A stretch of 51,190 bases of DNA from Neophaeotheca triangularis (Eukaryota), in the NCBI GenBank assembly GCA_054600435.1, contig BAAIJX010000095.1, forward strand, positions 1 through 51,190, given 5' to 3'. Positions 1 through 11,401 of the stretch are shown here, piece by piece. The position numbers and the translations under genes are program-made. The notes below the pieces were generated by a model. That model had not been told where the DNA came from. It made no database searches and saw only the letters and a list, made by a program, of their open reading frames with translations. Numbering within the stretch: position 1 is the first letter of the stretch; each line of letters begins with the position of its first letter.

Positions 1-4
1 CCCC

Positions 5-94
<90 letters not shown>
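1..94. repeat. poly-C homopolymer at contig start (probable assembly/read edge artefact)
   Basis: About 90 consecutive C at the extreme edge; mirrored by poly-G/low-complexity sequence at the other end. Confidence 0.85.
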
Positions 95-97
<3 letters not shown>

Positions 98-730
98 TTG
101 GTTTGTGTATTTGTTTAAGCCGGTTTGGTGGTGGGTTGGGGAATGGACGGATTTAGGGGAGTAAGTTGTCTTTGGAGCAACAAGTTTAGAGACTGGAGCG
201 GAGCTAGAAGGAGTCGTGGGAGAAGTGATATTAGAGAAAAAGAGAGGGAGGTGACTTGGTGATAGAACTACCCTTTTACGGTTCTGATGGTGCCTTCCCT
301 ACCCTCGGTCGTGATGGTTCCTCGACCCCTCTATCAACAATTGGATATCTAGAAGTCGGCATACCCCACTTGCTTCGGCTAACAAGGCAAAGCTCGCTTC
401 CTCTTGTTATGGAGGCAGCAACATGAGGTCTTGTGTTTGCCTGACAATCAATCTTCAGGACAGGAAGGAAAAGATGCGGTTAGTTTCACTGTCCATCTGC
501 AATGGGCCATGATTGGAGCCGTTAGGAGTGGTCAAGGTTTTTGTGCTCGCACATTGCAACAACTGAGGCCCCGAGACTCAAGAGTATTGACTTGACTGCA
601 TAGCTAATGATGATTCACGAGTGTTTACGGTCTTGACAGGAATCGAGTCTTTTGAAGGGTTGGAAGGGCTCATTGTTTTACTTGGCAGAAGCGTGCCGAT
701 GGTTACAGTAAAAGTAAAAGATTACCTTTG

Positions 731-758
731 AGTGGGCAGTGGGCAGTGGGCAGTGGGC
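731..758 (+). repeat. (AGTGGGC)4 tandem repeat; canonical G-quadruplex motif
   Basis: Four perfect 7-nt units giving GGG-CAGT-GGG-CAGT-GGG-CAGT-GGG. Confidence 0.85.
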
Positions 759-868
759 ACCCTAATGGGTTTGATCTGTCGATCATGTGCTGTTCATACG
801 ACAGCCTGATATCTCCCCAACTAACGCACGCAAAGGTAGCACAAGGCACGGGGCGGTGGGCGGATTTG

Positions 869-920
869 GGGAAGCGATGCGGTTCGCTTGGGGGGAAGCT
901 GGGAAGCGATACGGTTCGCT
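869..920 (+). repeat. 20-nt direct repeat, each copy a small hairpin
   Basis: GGGAAGCGATGCGGTTCGCT (869-888) and GGGAAGCGATACGGTTCGCT (901-920), 19/20 identical; AGCGA...TCGCT is self-complementary. Confidence 0.75.
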
Positions 921-1244
921 GGGGTCGATGAGGCCGAGAGGAGAACAAGGACATGGTCTAGTCCTCGATTAATCCGATGGCACGCAGTCGTTGCACAAGG
1001 CAGGTAACTGGGGTAATCGTCAGGGTTAGGTAGATACCCCCGTTCTTTGGCTCTGGGGAAGAAAGGAGCACGGATGAGCAGTGGTGCATATCATCTGTAG
1101 GTACATAGTACATGTACAGTTACAGTGGAGAATCGAGTCTCGAGTCTACTACTACTAGTACAACAAAACCATCCTCTTTACCGCCATGTCCTACAAATAA
1201 TCATTCTTCTACTTCACTTCTACTTCACTTCACTTCCTCCCTCT

Positions 1245-1254
1245 TATATATAAA
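1245..1254 (+). promoter_or_regulatory. candidate TATA box upstream of ATG13
   Basis: TATATATAAA after a CT-rich tract, followed by a C-rich, initially AUG-free leader. Confidence 0.45.
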
Positions 1255-1986
1255 CTACTCTCCTCGTGACTTGTAGCTTGTTAGGTACTATACCATTCCT
1301 ATCGCTTTTGCCTCCGACGTCGCTCCCGGAACAGGAGCTCGTAGCCGAAAGCTCTCGAGAGCTTCCCGACCCATTCCCGTCGAGTCACGTTGACGACGAC
1401 CACACGATCACCGTCTACCAACTCTCCTCTCCGCCGTCATCTGTCGCTACCTACCACTACCTACACCGCAACTCATCCTCGAGCTGCTACTACCCTTCCT
1501 CCATCCTCCCATCTACTTTTTTCCACCTGCTTGTAGCTCTACCCCCTGCGATAAGCTTATCAACACCGCCGACCGACCTAGGCACCGGGCGGCCAACAGC
1601 GAGCTTCAAGCCTCCGACAGGTCGAGACCACCGGACAACCAAGACGACAACGTGAGCCGGCCTTCACAACATTCTATCTTGCTGCCTTACCCAAGCTTGC
1701 TATGGAGACGTTTGAATAAAATCACCATTGTCTGCAGCAGCGTAGCAACCTTCTCTTCCACCTGCCTGATCGACCGCCCCTCATCACCCAAGCAGGCGCC
1801 TGAGGATTCCCTCTTACCATGGAGCCTAGCATATGCTCCCAATCTCCCCTCATCACTCTTGCATAGCCCCAATCCCCCTCTAATCATACATACGACTTTC
1901 ACTTTCACCCCTTCCTATTCACCTCCAAGTCGGCCACCTCAGCATCCTCCAAATTTGAGCCTTTCGAGGCTCTAAAGCTAGCCACA

Positions 1987-4526
1987 ATGCATCAACACCC
2001 TCGACCCTCACCCAGGACCTCGAACTCAGGGAACAATTCAACGACAAACCCCGAGCGGCCAAACAACCCGCGGGACCAACTCCCTACCCGCACACGATCA
2101 AGCGTGGATCTGCAGTCATATACAGAAAGAGCTGGACGAGGGGATGCACACGCTGGGCCTTCTACTGAAGCTCCCTCTGATCGCGAGCAGACAAAAATGA
2201 ACCAAATTATTCAGGTACGCTGAAAATGAAAGCGGATTGGGAGAATAAGGCCTTTTTGCTGATTGCCAACACTAGAATTTCCACACCAAAGCAGCTTTAA
2301 TGATCTGCTCGGCTCGCGCGAGTCTACCTCGAGTTTACAACAAGAATGGAGATGTCAGGCAGAATCGATGGGTAGGTGTCACTCTTCTTCTTCATATTTT
2401 TGTTGCCACGGTGTATTTGAGGGAACTCGGTCCTACTCGATTCGCTGCGAGATAGCACAGCGGCTCGCAAGTTCTCAGCGTAAAGGCCGAAGGTCACGCT
2501 TTGCCTTTCTCTCGAGCCCTGTTTGGTAATGGCCAGCACTTTTTTGAAGTCGAAGGATCGGCCTTTTCAGACCCCAAGTTTAGCATATACTCTTAATCCT
2601 CAAAGCTGATGAATTTGCCAGTTCAACACCGTCCTTGATGATACAGATGCTCTTGTGCAAGACCTCCAGGAATGGAAAAGGCCAGATCTCGCCGATCACA
2701 GTCCGCCTCCGCTAGTTGTTGAAGTCTACCTTGACGCCTCCCACCTAACCCATAATCAAGCCCTCGTTCTCGTTGATGACACTGGCAAGCGGTGGGATGT
2801 TGCCGATGCCTTGGCGACCTCGAGGGATTCGAGTCCCAGGCCGACAAAATCCGGTAGTCAGCATTGTGAGGTGGTTCTTGAGCGATGGATGGTGCAACTC
2901 GGCGAGGGAGAGGACTATACGGCTGCCGAATTGAACGACCAGCTCCCCAACGTCTACAAGAAAGGAGTGGTACTCTTCAGGTCGCTCTACACTTACCAAC
3001 GACTGCTTCCTGCGTGGAAACTGCACAAGAAGCTCAGAGGGCGACAATCCAACAACCAGCAGGGTCCAAAGTTGAAGTTCAGGATCAAGCAGGGTCACGG
3101 GGCGCCGCTTGGCAAAGACTCGCTGTACACCCCCCTCTGCCCTGCTGATGCATACGACAACGTCACTGAACAACATCACTTTGCACCCCTCTTATGCCCA
3201 GCCGGACCTTTGAAGATATCCGTGTCTTGGCGTACAAACTGCGACTTCACCATCGCAGACGCTGAAGCGCTGTTGAGTTCAAGATTCCAAGGCTTCGACG
3301 AGCAAGTCACGCTGCCTCCTGCTGGAAGGTCGCTACCAGGAGCACGGATTGCGCGGCCGCTTACTTCAGACTACGGCGTCGGTGCTGCGACGGCTGGCGT
3401 AAAGCGATCAAACTTTGGCGCCTACGGAAGTCTCGGCAATTATCGCACAACTGGGGAGAGAGAGTCACCCGCTGGGGCTTCGACACAACCTGGAAGCGGT
3501 GAGAGTGACACCATGTTCGCCCAGCAGATGGCAGAACGTAGGGCTAAAGAGGCGAGAGAAGGTGAGGTGCAGACCGGCAGAGGGCAAGTTATTGCTCGCT
3601 CTACCTCGACAAACTACATGGAGAACCCACCGTTCAAAGCCGGCTCGCTCTCATCATCGCCACGTTTCGGAAGCAAAATGCAATCACCATCACCAAGCAG
3701 CTCCCTGGGAAAAGGCGGCACGTACATGAAGACTTCAGCTCAGTCCACCTCGCATCAAAAACGCGCCTCTCTCAATACGCTCCCACAACAAGCTCTTCGC
3801 GCCGGTCCGTCCTTTGCTAATGAAACAGCGATTGCCTCATCGGGCTCTTCCTCGCCAAAACCGGCACCCGTTCATCGGTACAGCAGCAGCTTCGCAGATC
3901 GCAAAACAAAGAAACCAGCAGCAGCAACAGGCAGCTCGAGCAAAGTCGCAGAAAGCAATACCTCCTCGGGCCGTGCAAGCAGTTCCAGCAAGGAGAAGTC
4001 CGGTCAGCTCGGCAAAGACGGCAGCAACGGCAGCGCCAAAACCGACGAAGATGACATTGCCGATTTCATTAGCCTTATCGAGCAAAAGAAAGATCTCAAG
4101 GCTTTCCGGCCCCGGCCAGCTTCTAGGGACAATCCTAACACGGTCAATCTGAGCAAGTATAGCATCCTACGTGACGGCAGCTCCCAGCTTGCGGAAGAGA
4201 TGAGCTCTTCGAGTCTCGTGCACCAGCAACAGACCCCTTCGACGCCGCCTAGTAGACGCTTGAGTAACGTGCCAGGACTGTCGACGAGTTCGAGCCCGAG
4301 TCGCGCCGGTCTGAGCTATCAACCGTACGTCAGGTCGAGACTGAGCACTCACAGCATTGTCGAAGAGAGGGGAGGCGAGGGTTTAGATCCTGGAACCGCG
4401 GCCAGGACGGGTAGTCAGGGCAGCAGTAGTCTGCGAGAGCAGCCGCAGCAGGGATCTACGGGTGCGGAAGAGAGGGGCGGGGAAGAGGAGGACGAGATGC
4501 TATTTCCCTTTAGTACTGGGATGTAG
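1987..4526 (+). CDS. ATG13: Autophagy protein Atg13 (HORMA domain + disordered Ser-rich tail), ~742 aa; exons 1987-2214, 2276-2371, 2622-4526
   Basis: Spliced product reads KMNQIIQ|NFHTKAALMICSAR...NRW|FNTVLDDTD...PPPLVVEVYLD...EVVLERW...LPNVYKKGVVLFRSLYTYQRLLPAWK, characteristic of fungal Atg13; GT-AG introns with GCTGAT branch sites keep frame. Confidence 0.92.
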
Positions 4527-5302
4527 CTCGCACGAGTGCAGCGATCAAATGGCGCTTTCTAAACGGTGTTTTGGGTTGGTTTCGAGCATAGGGCTCTGGC
4601 AAGCTGGTTGTTTTTTCATGGGACTGGACAGCGACTGACTGTTTTCTCACCACCAGCGGTAGGCGCTCTCGGATATGGCTCGTGGGTAATACAGCCAGGC
4701 ATAGACTGCGAAAGGGCGTTCTGGGGGAATGAATTCTAGCGTCTCGAGCGTTGCTTTCTTCTGTTTTTTTTTTTTTCCCCAATCATTTTCCCACGCATAG
4801 CTCGGTATGCTTGTGGTCCACTGCGTACTTTAGCTCGTGGCATAGAAGCAAACAACGAGACAACCTACCCTGGAATGCGCAAGTCTTGCAACAAGGCCGC
4901 TTGGCATTTGTCAAGTTTCAAGCGAGTTGTGGGCTTATCAGTTGGCACGCTCGGTGGCTGGAGGTCGCCGGCGGCCTATCTTTTCTCTGCAGTGCTGCGT
5001 TGGCATCAATAATGTCGCTGTGAAGATAGGTAACCGTTTTGTAGGCGCTGTTTGGCACCTTTTGACATGCAGCTAGCAAAGCTGTGGAAGCTGTTCCTGC
5101 GTTGGCGTCGACGGCTGACTCCACAACGGCCATCTCGAGGATTCTTGGCAAGAGATAAAGCACCGAAACTCCTTCGACGACGACAGCATCCTTCCGAGAG
5201 CGGCCGTCGATGTTGTGACTGACCAGCCTCCGCGATGCATATAAAGGGGGGAGGAAGACGTGGAAGGGTAGGCTGTGTCGTCCAAGTTTCAAAGTCGTCA
5301 AG

Positions 5303-7412
5303 ATGCGGTCCTTTCAATTCTCCTCCGTCTTCTCCATCCTCTCGCTTTCCCTCTTCACGGCAGCAGCACCACTTAAACGCCATGACATCTCAAACATCCA
5401 CAAGGCCGGCATCAATGTCACGCTCTTCGACTTGGGAGAAATCGGTTACATGGCCAACACTGCCCACCCCAAGGCTACTGTACATTCCGGCCACTTCCCC
5501 CCGGGTCTGCAGCTGCCCGTTACCGTACTCTCGACGAATGCCACAGAGATCACAGCTTCCACTTTGAACGAAACAATCTCAGCCTACCTCGCCGGCGACG
5601 ATGTTTTCAATGAAAGCTTCCTGCACGGAGTCTACATCAGTTCCACAGCCAAGAGCGCTGTCCTCGACGCCTCAGCCCTCAGCCTACTCAAAGATATGGA
5701 TATCGAAAACGTGATGCTAAGCAGCGGCATTAAGTGCACCGACTCCAGTTATAGCCTCTCGCTCCAAGAGCTTTCCGACCAGATCGCAACCCCACCTCCG
5801 GGCCCCTACCTGCTCACTACCGGCAATGATATGCTCGCCCTCTCGACCGTCTACCGTCTCTACACCGACAGTTATCGGGACTTCATCTTCGGCGCTTACG
5901 AGTCATCACCCGGCTTCTACGCAGCCCTCGACGTCACTTACGACAGTTTCCGCTACTCCGCCATCCCCGTGCCCTCGCGCCTCTACTGGCTGGGGGATTC
6001 TCGTCCTCTCGCTGGTGAGAGGGTCGGTATCAAGGACCTCTACGATATCAAGGGTTTGCAGACGGCCGCAGGCTCACCGGCTTGGGCGGAGATTACGCCC
6101 GTTGCGGATGGAACTGCGCCGGCTGTGCAACGGATTTTGGACCTGGGTGGCGTGGTGGTGGGGAAGCAGAAGTTGGCGCAGTTTGCTTCGGGGGCGAACC
6201 CTTGGGAGTGGTGAGTGCAAGATTTACATGGGTGCTGTTGTTTGTGGATTTTGTGTGGCTAATCGATTCGACAGGCAAGACAATCACTACCCTTTTAACC
6301 CTCGTGGTGATGGCTGGCAAACTTGCTCTGCTTCTTCTTCGGGGGGTGGATGCTCTATCGCTGCCTACGACTGGCTTGACTACGCTATTGGTAGCGACAC
6401 TGGCTCTTCCATGCGTCGACCTGCCGCCGTATCCGGTACTTATGGTCAGAGGCCAAGCCAGGGCATGATTTCGCTGGAGCGCGTCGTACCTCTCGGTGCA
6501 GCTACGGATACGGCAGGCGTTTTTGCCCGCGATCCATACAAATGGATCAAATTCTCCAAAGCGTGGTACACCCCCGAGCTCTACCAAAGCCCCGAGACCA
6601 CCGGCCTCCGCCCCCTCTCCGTCCCAGACACCAACGACTTCCCCACCACCATTATCTACCCGACCGATTACTTCCCCATGGCCAACCCAGCAGCCGAAGA
6701 GATCCTCCAAACCTTCATCGGCCACCTGGAGCGCATCTTCGGTATGACGACCATCGAGCTCAACTTCACAGCCACAGTCCAAAACATCTCCGACCCCCTC
6801 ATCAACAACTTCACAACCCTAACCAGCGAATCCACCAGCATCATAAACCGCTACACCCAATACACCGAGGTCGCCGAGCCCCTAATCTCCGCCTGGGCCG
6901 AACGCTACGACGGGCGCTTCCCCCCCATCGACCCCGCCCGCCGCGGCTGGTGGCGCACTTACAACGAAACCGGCACCAACGCCAGCACCTACGCGGCCGC
7001 GCTGGAGCGCAAAAACCGCGCCGTCGAATGGTGGGAGCGAGAAATCCAACCCACGACGCCAGAATCCTGCAGCTCCAGCCTCTTCCTCACCGACATCGGC
7101 ACCGGCGGGCTGCCCTCGTACCGCGAAGAATCCCTCAACGAAACCCCCGACGCCAGTTTCCTCGCCGTGACACCGGAGCGAGCGGGCATCAGCGAGGCGA
7201 GTCTCAGTCCGATTTATGGGGGAGCGGATTTCACCGTCCCGATCGGGCAGGTCCCGTACTTTAGCAACGTTACTTTTGTCGAGGAAATGTGGCCGGTTTC
7301 GGTGAATTTGATGGTGAGGAGGGGTTGTGATTTTGTGCTTTACAATCTTGTGGAGAAGTTGGCGGATGAGGGGGTGCTGAGGGCTGTGGGGACGGGAAGG
7401 GAGGCTTTTTAG
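5303..7412 (+). CDS. Secreted amidase-signature family protein, ~681 aa; exons 5303-6210, 6275-7412
   Basis: Signal peptide [28 protein letters not shown] (Lys), [19 protein letters not shown] (Ser-cisSer-Lys triad); the GTGAGT...GCTAAT...ACAG intron joins two ORFs in frame; TATAAA at ~5240. Confidence 0.9.
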
Positions 7413-8122
7413 GTTTTTGCGGAAAGGGGGTGATGGGGGAGGTTTGGCTGTGAGTGAGATTCTGGACAGAGCGGACGACGGGATCGTGAGATGTTGAGAT
7501 TCGATGGGATGAAGTCCGGGTCGGCTGGGGCGGGTTTCATGTGCTTTTTTTTTTTTCCGTTCTTGTGTGCGCCTATCGGTCGATCTTGAAGTTCTCGGGC
7601 TTCGATCTTTACTCTCTACAAGGGCTCGAAATGCTCAGTGCTGCTACGGTCTGTGTCGTCAGGGGCAAGTCTTTCTCTTTGGCCAGCGTCATGTTTCGCG
7701 CTGGTATATCTGGACGCGTGCTTTTTTTATCGTAAACAACATACCTTCCTATGTAGGTAGCTGTATGACTAGTGGAAAGTACGCACAAGGGATGTTTGAA
7801 CAGAATCTAAAAGGGATCTTACTAGTATGCATGGATGGAGGGGGATTCATCTCGTGCCTTGACTGTCTATCGCTCGGCGTTTGTGATTGGCTACGATCTA
7901 AACGACGCTAGGGGCAGCACGGTTCCTTGTTCCCCGGCCCTGGAGACTGTGCTTGCCTTTAGGTCTACAGTGTCAACAACACTTCACCTTCTTCAATGTG
8001 TTCGCAACACTATCATCACTCTCGAGGATGAATGGGACTCGCCTCTCTTCAACACCAACATTCAACGGGATCTCAGCATGACTGGCTCCTAAAGATTGCA
8101 ATATTGACTGAACCGCGGCAAG

Positions 8123-10561
8123 ATGGCCACCGAAAACCGCAAGCAGTCACCCACTTCGGTAGTCGCTCACTTCGTCAAACAGCTGCAAGATGGCTGCGGC
8201 AACAAGACCTGCACAGAGACCATGTGCCTCACGGGCCGAAGAAACGTCACCACAAACCCAATACGACAGTACACACCGCGCTCCGCCCGAGCCATGGCCT
8301 TGATGCTCGCGGATACCGCCGGCATGAGAAAACACCTCTGCCCACACCTCCAGGACGAGTCGAAGACCGTGAGAGACGCCAAGCCCGGTCCCAAGGATAC
8401 GGCGTCCATTGCCCAGCAGCTTGCGGACACGTCGACGGTGCAGGCTGTTTCGGGGGGAGTGGCGCTGGATGCGATTTACCAGCCGGATCGGCTTGCGAGG
8501 GAGTATTGCTATTACTGGCATTGTTTGGACGGCTTGCGGAAAGCTCTGCCGGACAATGTCGCAGAGCAGGGTTTCCGATTGCTTTCGAACAAGAAGGCGG
8601 CACGTCTGGTTTTTGAAAGCCTGGAATGGGTTTGCGGCAAGCCCAACTCGGACCATAGAGGTGTGCGGGTTGAGTCTACGACGGAGCCGATGCTTGATAA
8701 TGAGCGCAAACTTCGCTTTGTTGCTCATGCTTGCCGGGCTGTTGCTTCGCGTCTTGTGTTGCAGAAGGCGGTGGAAGCTAGATCGAAAAGCGTCGAGGCT
8801 CACCTCAGCATTGCGCATCTTGTCATGAACAAAGTTTTTGGGAAGGGAGACACGTCTGAGGCGCAATCTGCCGGAGACAGGTCTCAGCTCAGTCAAAGCT
8901 CTGTGTTCGAGCTGCAGTGGGCGTTGGTGCATGTGTTTCGATACCACTGGGACCCAAGTCAGAGGATCCCGCTCGGCTCTGCCATGTCAGGCGCTTTACA
9001 TCTCTTGGACCATTTTGCGCGATTGGACAGGGTTAGTATTCTTGCCTTTCTGAGCTCAATGGACACAGGCTCGTGGCGGTTGCACAAGCTGGATGTATTT
9101 CGAAGCTGGAAACAGTACCTCGACAGGCGTGATCCGTATGAGACTCATCTTCTCGCGTTCCCGAATCTGGTTCGAGACGACGACGTCTACTTCTACTTCC
9201 GAGCTTACAACCACCAAGAGATGGCAAAAGCTTCTGCGGCTTCCGATACGGCTTCGCGCGTGCTACAGAGCTTGTCGCATGATTTCGATCACTTCCACGG
9301 GGTGTCAATGTACGATGAGAGAGCTCAGCATCTCGAGACGGCCTACCTCTTGCTTACTGTCAGCCGGACCAAAGTCCTCGAAGACGCAATGAATCAGTTA
9401 TGGCATCGTCGGGAACACGAACTGCGCAAGCCCCTGCGGGTACGGTTGGGAGAGATTGACATGATCGAAGTCGGCCACGATCTTGGAGGTGTGCAGATTG
9501 AGTTCTTCAACTTGGTCTGCAAAAGCATGATGTCTGAAGATTTGGGCATGTTTGCTTCGGATCCTTTGACTGGGAAGAGCTGGTTCAAGCCTTGCAGCCT
9601 GCAGCCTTTGCACATTTTTGAACTGTTTGGCATTATTGTCGGACTGGCGGTTTACAATGGCATTGCTATTCCTGTCAGTTTCCCAAAAGCTTTCTATGGC
9701 TTCCTACACAGTGGACCTACGAATCCTGTGGAGCTCATTGACGACCATTGGCCTGTCGAAGCTAGATCACTTGGTTCTCTGAAAGCGAACGAACTCGATG
9801 GTTTAGACTACAGCTTTCCACTTGAAGCCAACGGATTGAGATTATCCGTATCGGACTATCAAGCGCTTGCAGACGGCCGCATGATGATGAAAGTGAGCGA
9901 TGTGACCCCGATTCATTCCAGCCACGGCACCACAAGTAAAGCAGCTGTTTCCAACGCTGTTCCGAAGCCAAACAGCGACGGCGTCTTCGAACTAGGTTGG
10001 CCCGGCTGGGACGTCCACAAGTCCAACAAGCCCGACAAACCCCTAACTGCAAAAATTCTCCCCTCCTTCATCGACAGATACACCTTCTGGCTAGCAAAAG
10101 CCTCCGTCTGGCCGCAACTCCACGCCTTCACAACCGGCTTCAACCAAGTAATCCCCCAAGAAGCACGTTCCTTCATCCGCCCAGACAGCCTCCAAAAAAC
10201 CATCGAAGGCGACGACCTCGAGCTCGACATCCAAGCTCTCCGCGACGCCACCCGCTACGACGGCTACACTCCCAGCGACCCATACATTTCCGACTTTTGG
10301 GAAATCGCCGCCGCCTGGTCGCAGCCCGAGCAGCGCCAACTCGTCAAGTTCGTGACTGCCGTTGAGCGCATCCCCGCCGGCGGCTCGGGGAGTATCCGGT
10401 TCGAGATCAAAAGGGCCGAGGCGTTTGACGTCGAAGCTTTGCCCACGAGCTCGACGTGTTTTGGCACGTTGAACTTGCCGAGGTATGGGAGTAGGGAGGT
10501 TTTGGAGAGGAAGCTGGGGATTGCCGTCAAGTATGGGGTCGAGGGGTTTGGGATCAGTTGA
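8123..10561 (+). CDS. HECT E3 ubiquitin ligase with N-terminal AZUL-like Zn finger, 812 aa
   Basis: N-terminal QLQDGCGNKTCTETMC (AZUL-like); HECT motifs GHDLGGVQIEFF, GLAVYNG, FVTA..RIP and catalytic LPTSSTCFGTLNLPRY at the C-terminus. Confidence 0.92.
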   Translation: MATENRKQSPTSVVAHFVKQLQDGCGNKTCTETMCLTGRRNVTTNPIRQYTPRSARAMALMLADTAGMRKHLCPHLQDESKTVRDAKPGPKDTASIAQQLADTSTVQAVSGGVALDAIYQPDRLAREYCYYWHCLDGLRKALPDNVAEQGFRLLSNKKAARLVFESLEWVCGKPNSDHRGVRVESTTEPMLDNERKLRFVAHACRAVASRLVLQKAVEARSKSVEAHLSIAHLVMNKVFGKGDTSEAQSAGDRSQLSQSSVFELQWALVHVFRYHWDPSQRIPLGSAMSGALHLLDHFARLDRVSILAFLSSMDTGSWRLHKLDVFRSWKQYLDRRDPYETHLLAFPNLVRDDDVYFYFRAYNHQEMAKASAASDTASRVLQSLSHDFDHFHGVSMYDERAQHLETAYLLLTVSRTKVLEDAMNQLWHRREHELRKPLRVRLGEIDMIEVGHDLGGVQIEFFNLVCKSMMSEDLGMFASDPLTGKSWFKPCSLQPLHIFELFGIIVGLAVYNGIAIPVSFPKAFYGFLHSGPTNPVELIDDHWPVEARSLGSLKANELDGLDYSFPLEANGLRLSVSDYQALADGRMMMKVSDVTPIHSSHGTTSKAAVSNAVPKPNSDGVFELGWPGWDVHKSNKPDKPLTAKILPSFIDRYTFWLAKASVWPQLHAFTTGFNQVIPQEARSFIRPDSLQKTIEGDDLELDIQALRDATRYDGYTPSDPYISDFWEIAAAWSQPEQRQLVKFVTAVERIPAGGSGSIRFEIKRAEAFDVEALPTSSTCFGTLNLPRYGSREVLERKLGIAVKYGVEGFGIS

Positions 10562-11401
10562 GTTTGAATGGGTGCACTTGAGCGACGGCTCGCATCGCTT
10601 TCTTCGCTGGTGGCGGAAAAAGCCGAGTGCGTATTCTTGCAGGGTTGGGGTTTGAGATGCTTCGTGCATGCGTGTATGGCGGTCTATGGGGCCTGTTGGG
10701 TTCTAATGTTTTGCTCTCGTGCAAACAGTGACTGTTCTTTCTGGAGAGATGTAAGAAGTAGAGCATTGTCAAGCCGGCGAGGTGGGTTACTACAAGAGGT
10801 GCGATTGCTCGGGAGTGTTCAGGTCAGAGATCGGCTCAGGTTTGCGGAAAGCTTCCAATGTGAGGAAGCCTTAGACAGGACCAGCAAATTAGGAGGCAGT
10901 TCAGTGTAGTGTCAGGGGTCGCTGTAACGACGCTAGGTGCAGGTTCGTAGGCTCTAGACTGACGGGTGTAGTGGAGACGGCAGGGCTCAAGACTAGCTGT
11001 TCGTATGAAAGCAGTAGTAAAGACTACGCGCTCGTGCCGTGCTATACGCTTGCACATTAATTACCGAAGGAAACAAGCTCAAGCGGTGCTTGCTAGAACG
11101 ACGACGTAGTTTTCCCATTGGGACACTGATACACTCAGTAGAGATACAAAGGCAACGAGCGTCTCTTCGCTCGCCGCCAACCATCTATCAATACAATAAC
11201 AACAATAAAGAGCGTCCCTTGCTTCAACCCGAACGTATCGGCAGCGCCATCGTCCAGCGCCAATGGTATCATAACACATCAGTAAGAAAGAACGCCATCA
11301 CCCCCCAAACCGAGTGACATCTGATGCTTAGTCCCCACTCAAAGAATGCCACAAGCCTCAGCGACCGCCGCTCACCAAACAAAAGAATACAACACCATCC
11401 C

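Noticed and set aside
1..94. poly-C as a telomere or biological element
   Set aside because: No TTAGGG/CCCTAA units; homopolymers at both contig edges point to an assembly break or artefact.
607..700. ATGATGA as a possible snoRNA C box
   Set aside because: No suitably spaced CTGA D box, terminal stem or recognisable rRNA complement.
1266..1975. ORFs 1266-1655 and 1652-1975
   Set aside because: GTG starts, low-complexity Ser/Pro/Thr translation of a C-rich leader, no motifs.
6093..6782. Long antisense/alternate-frame ORFs over real genes (also 8147-8947, 14643-15392, 19333-20052, 22819-23505, 29922-30548, 42994-43785, 44055-44678, 46779-47456)
   Set aside because: Shadow ORFs expected from high GC3 and strand skew; no independent motifs.
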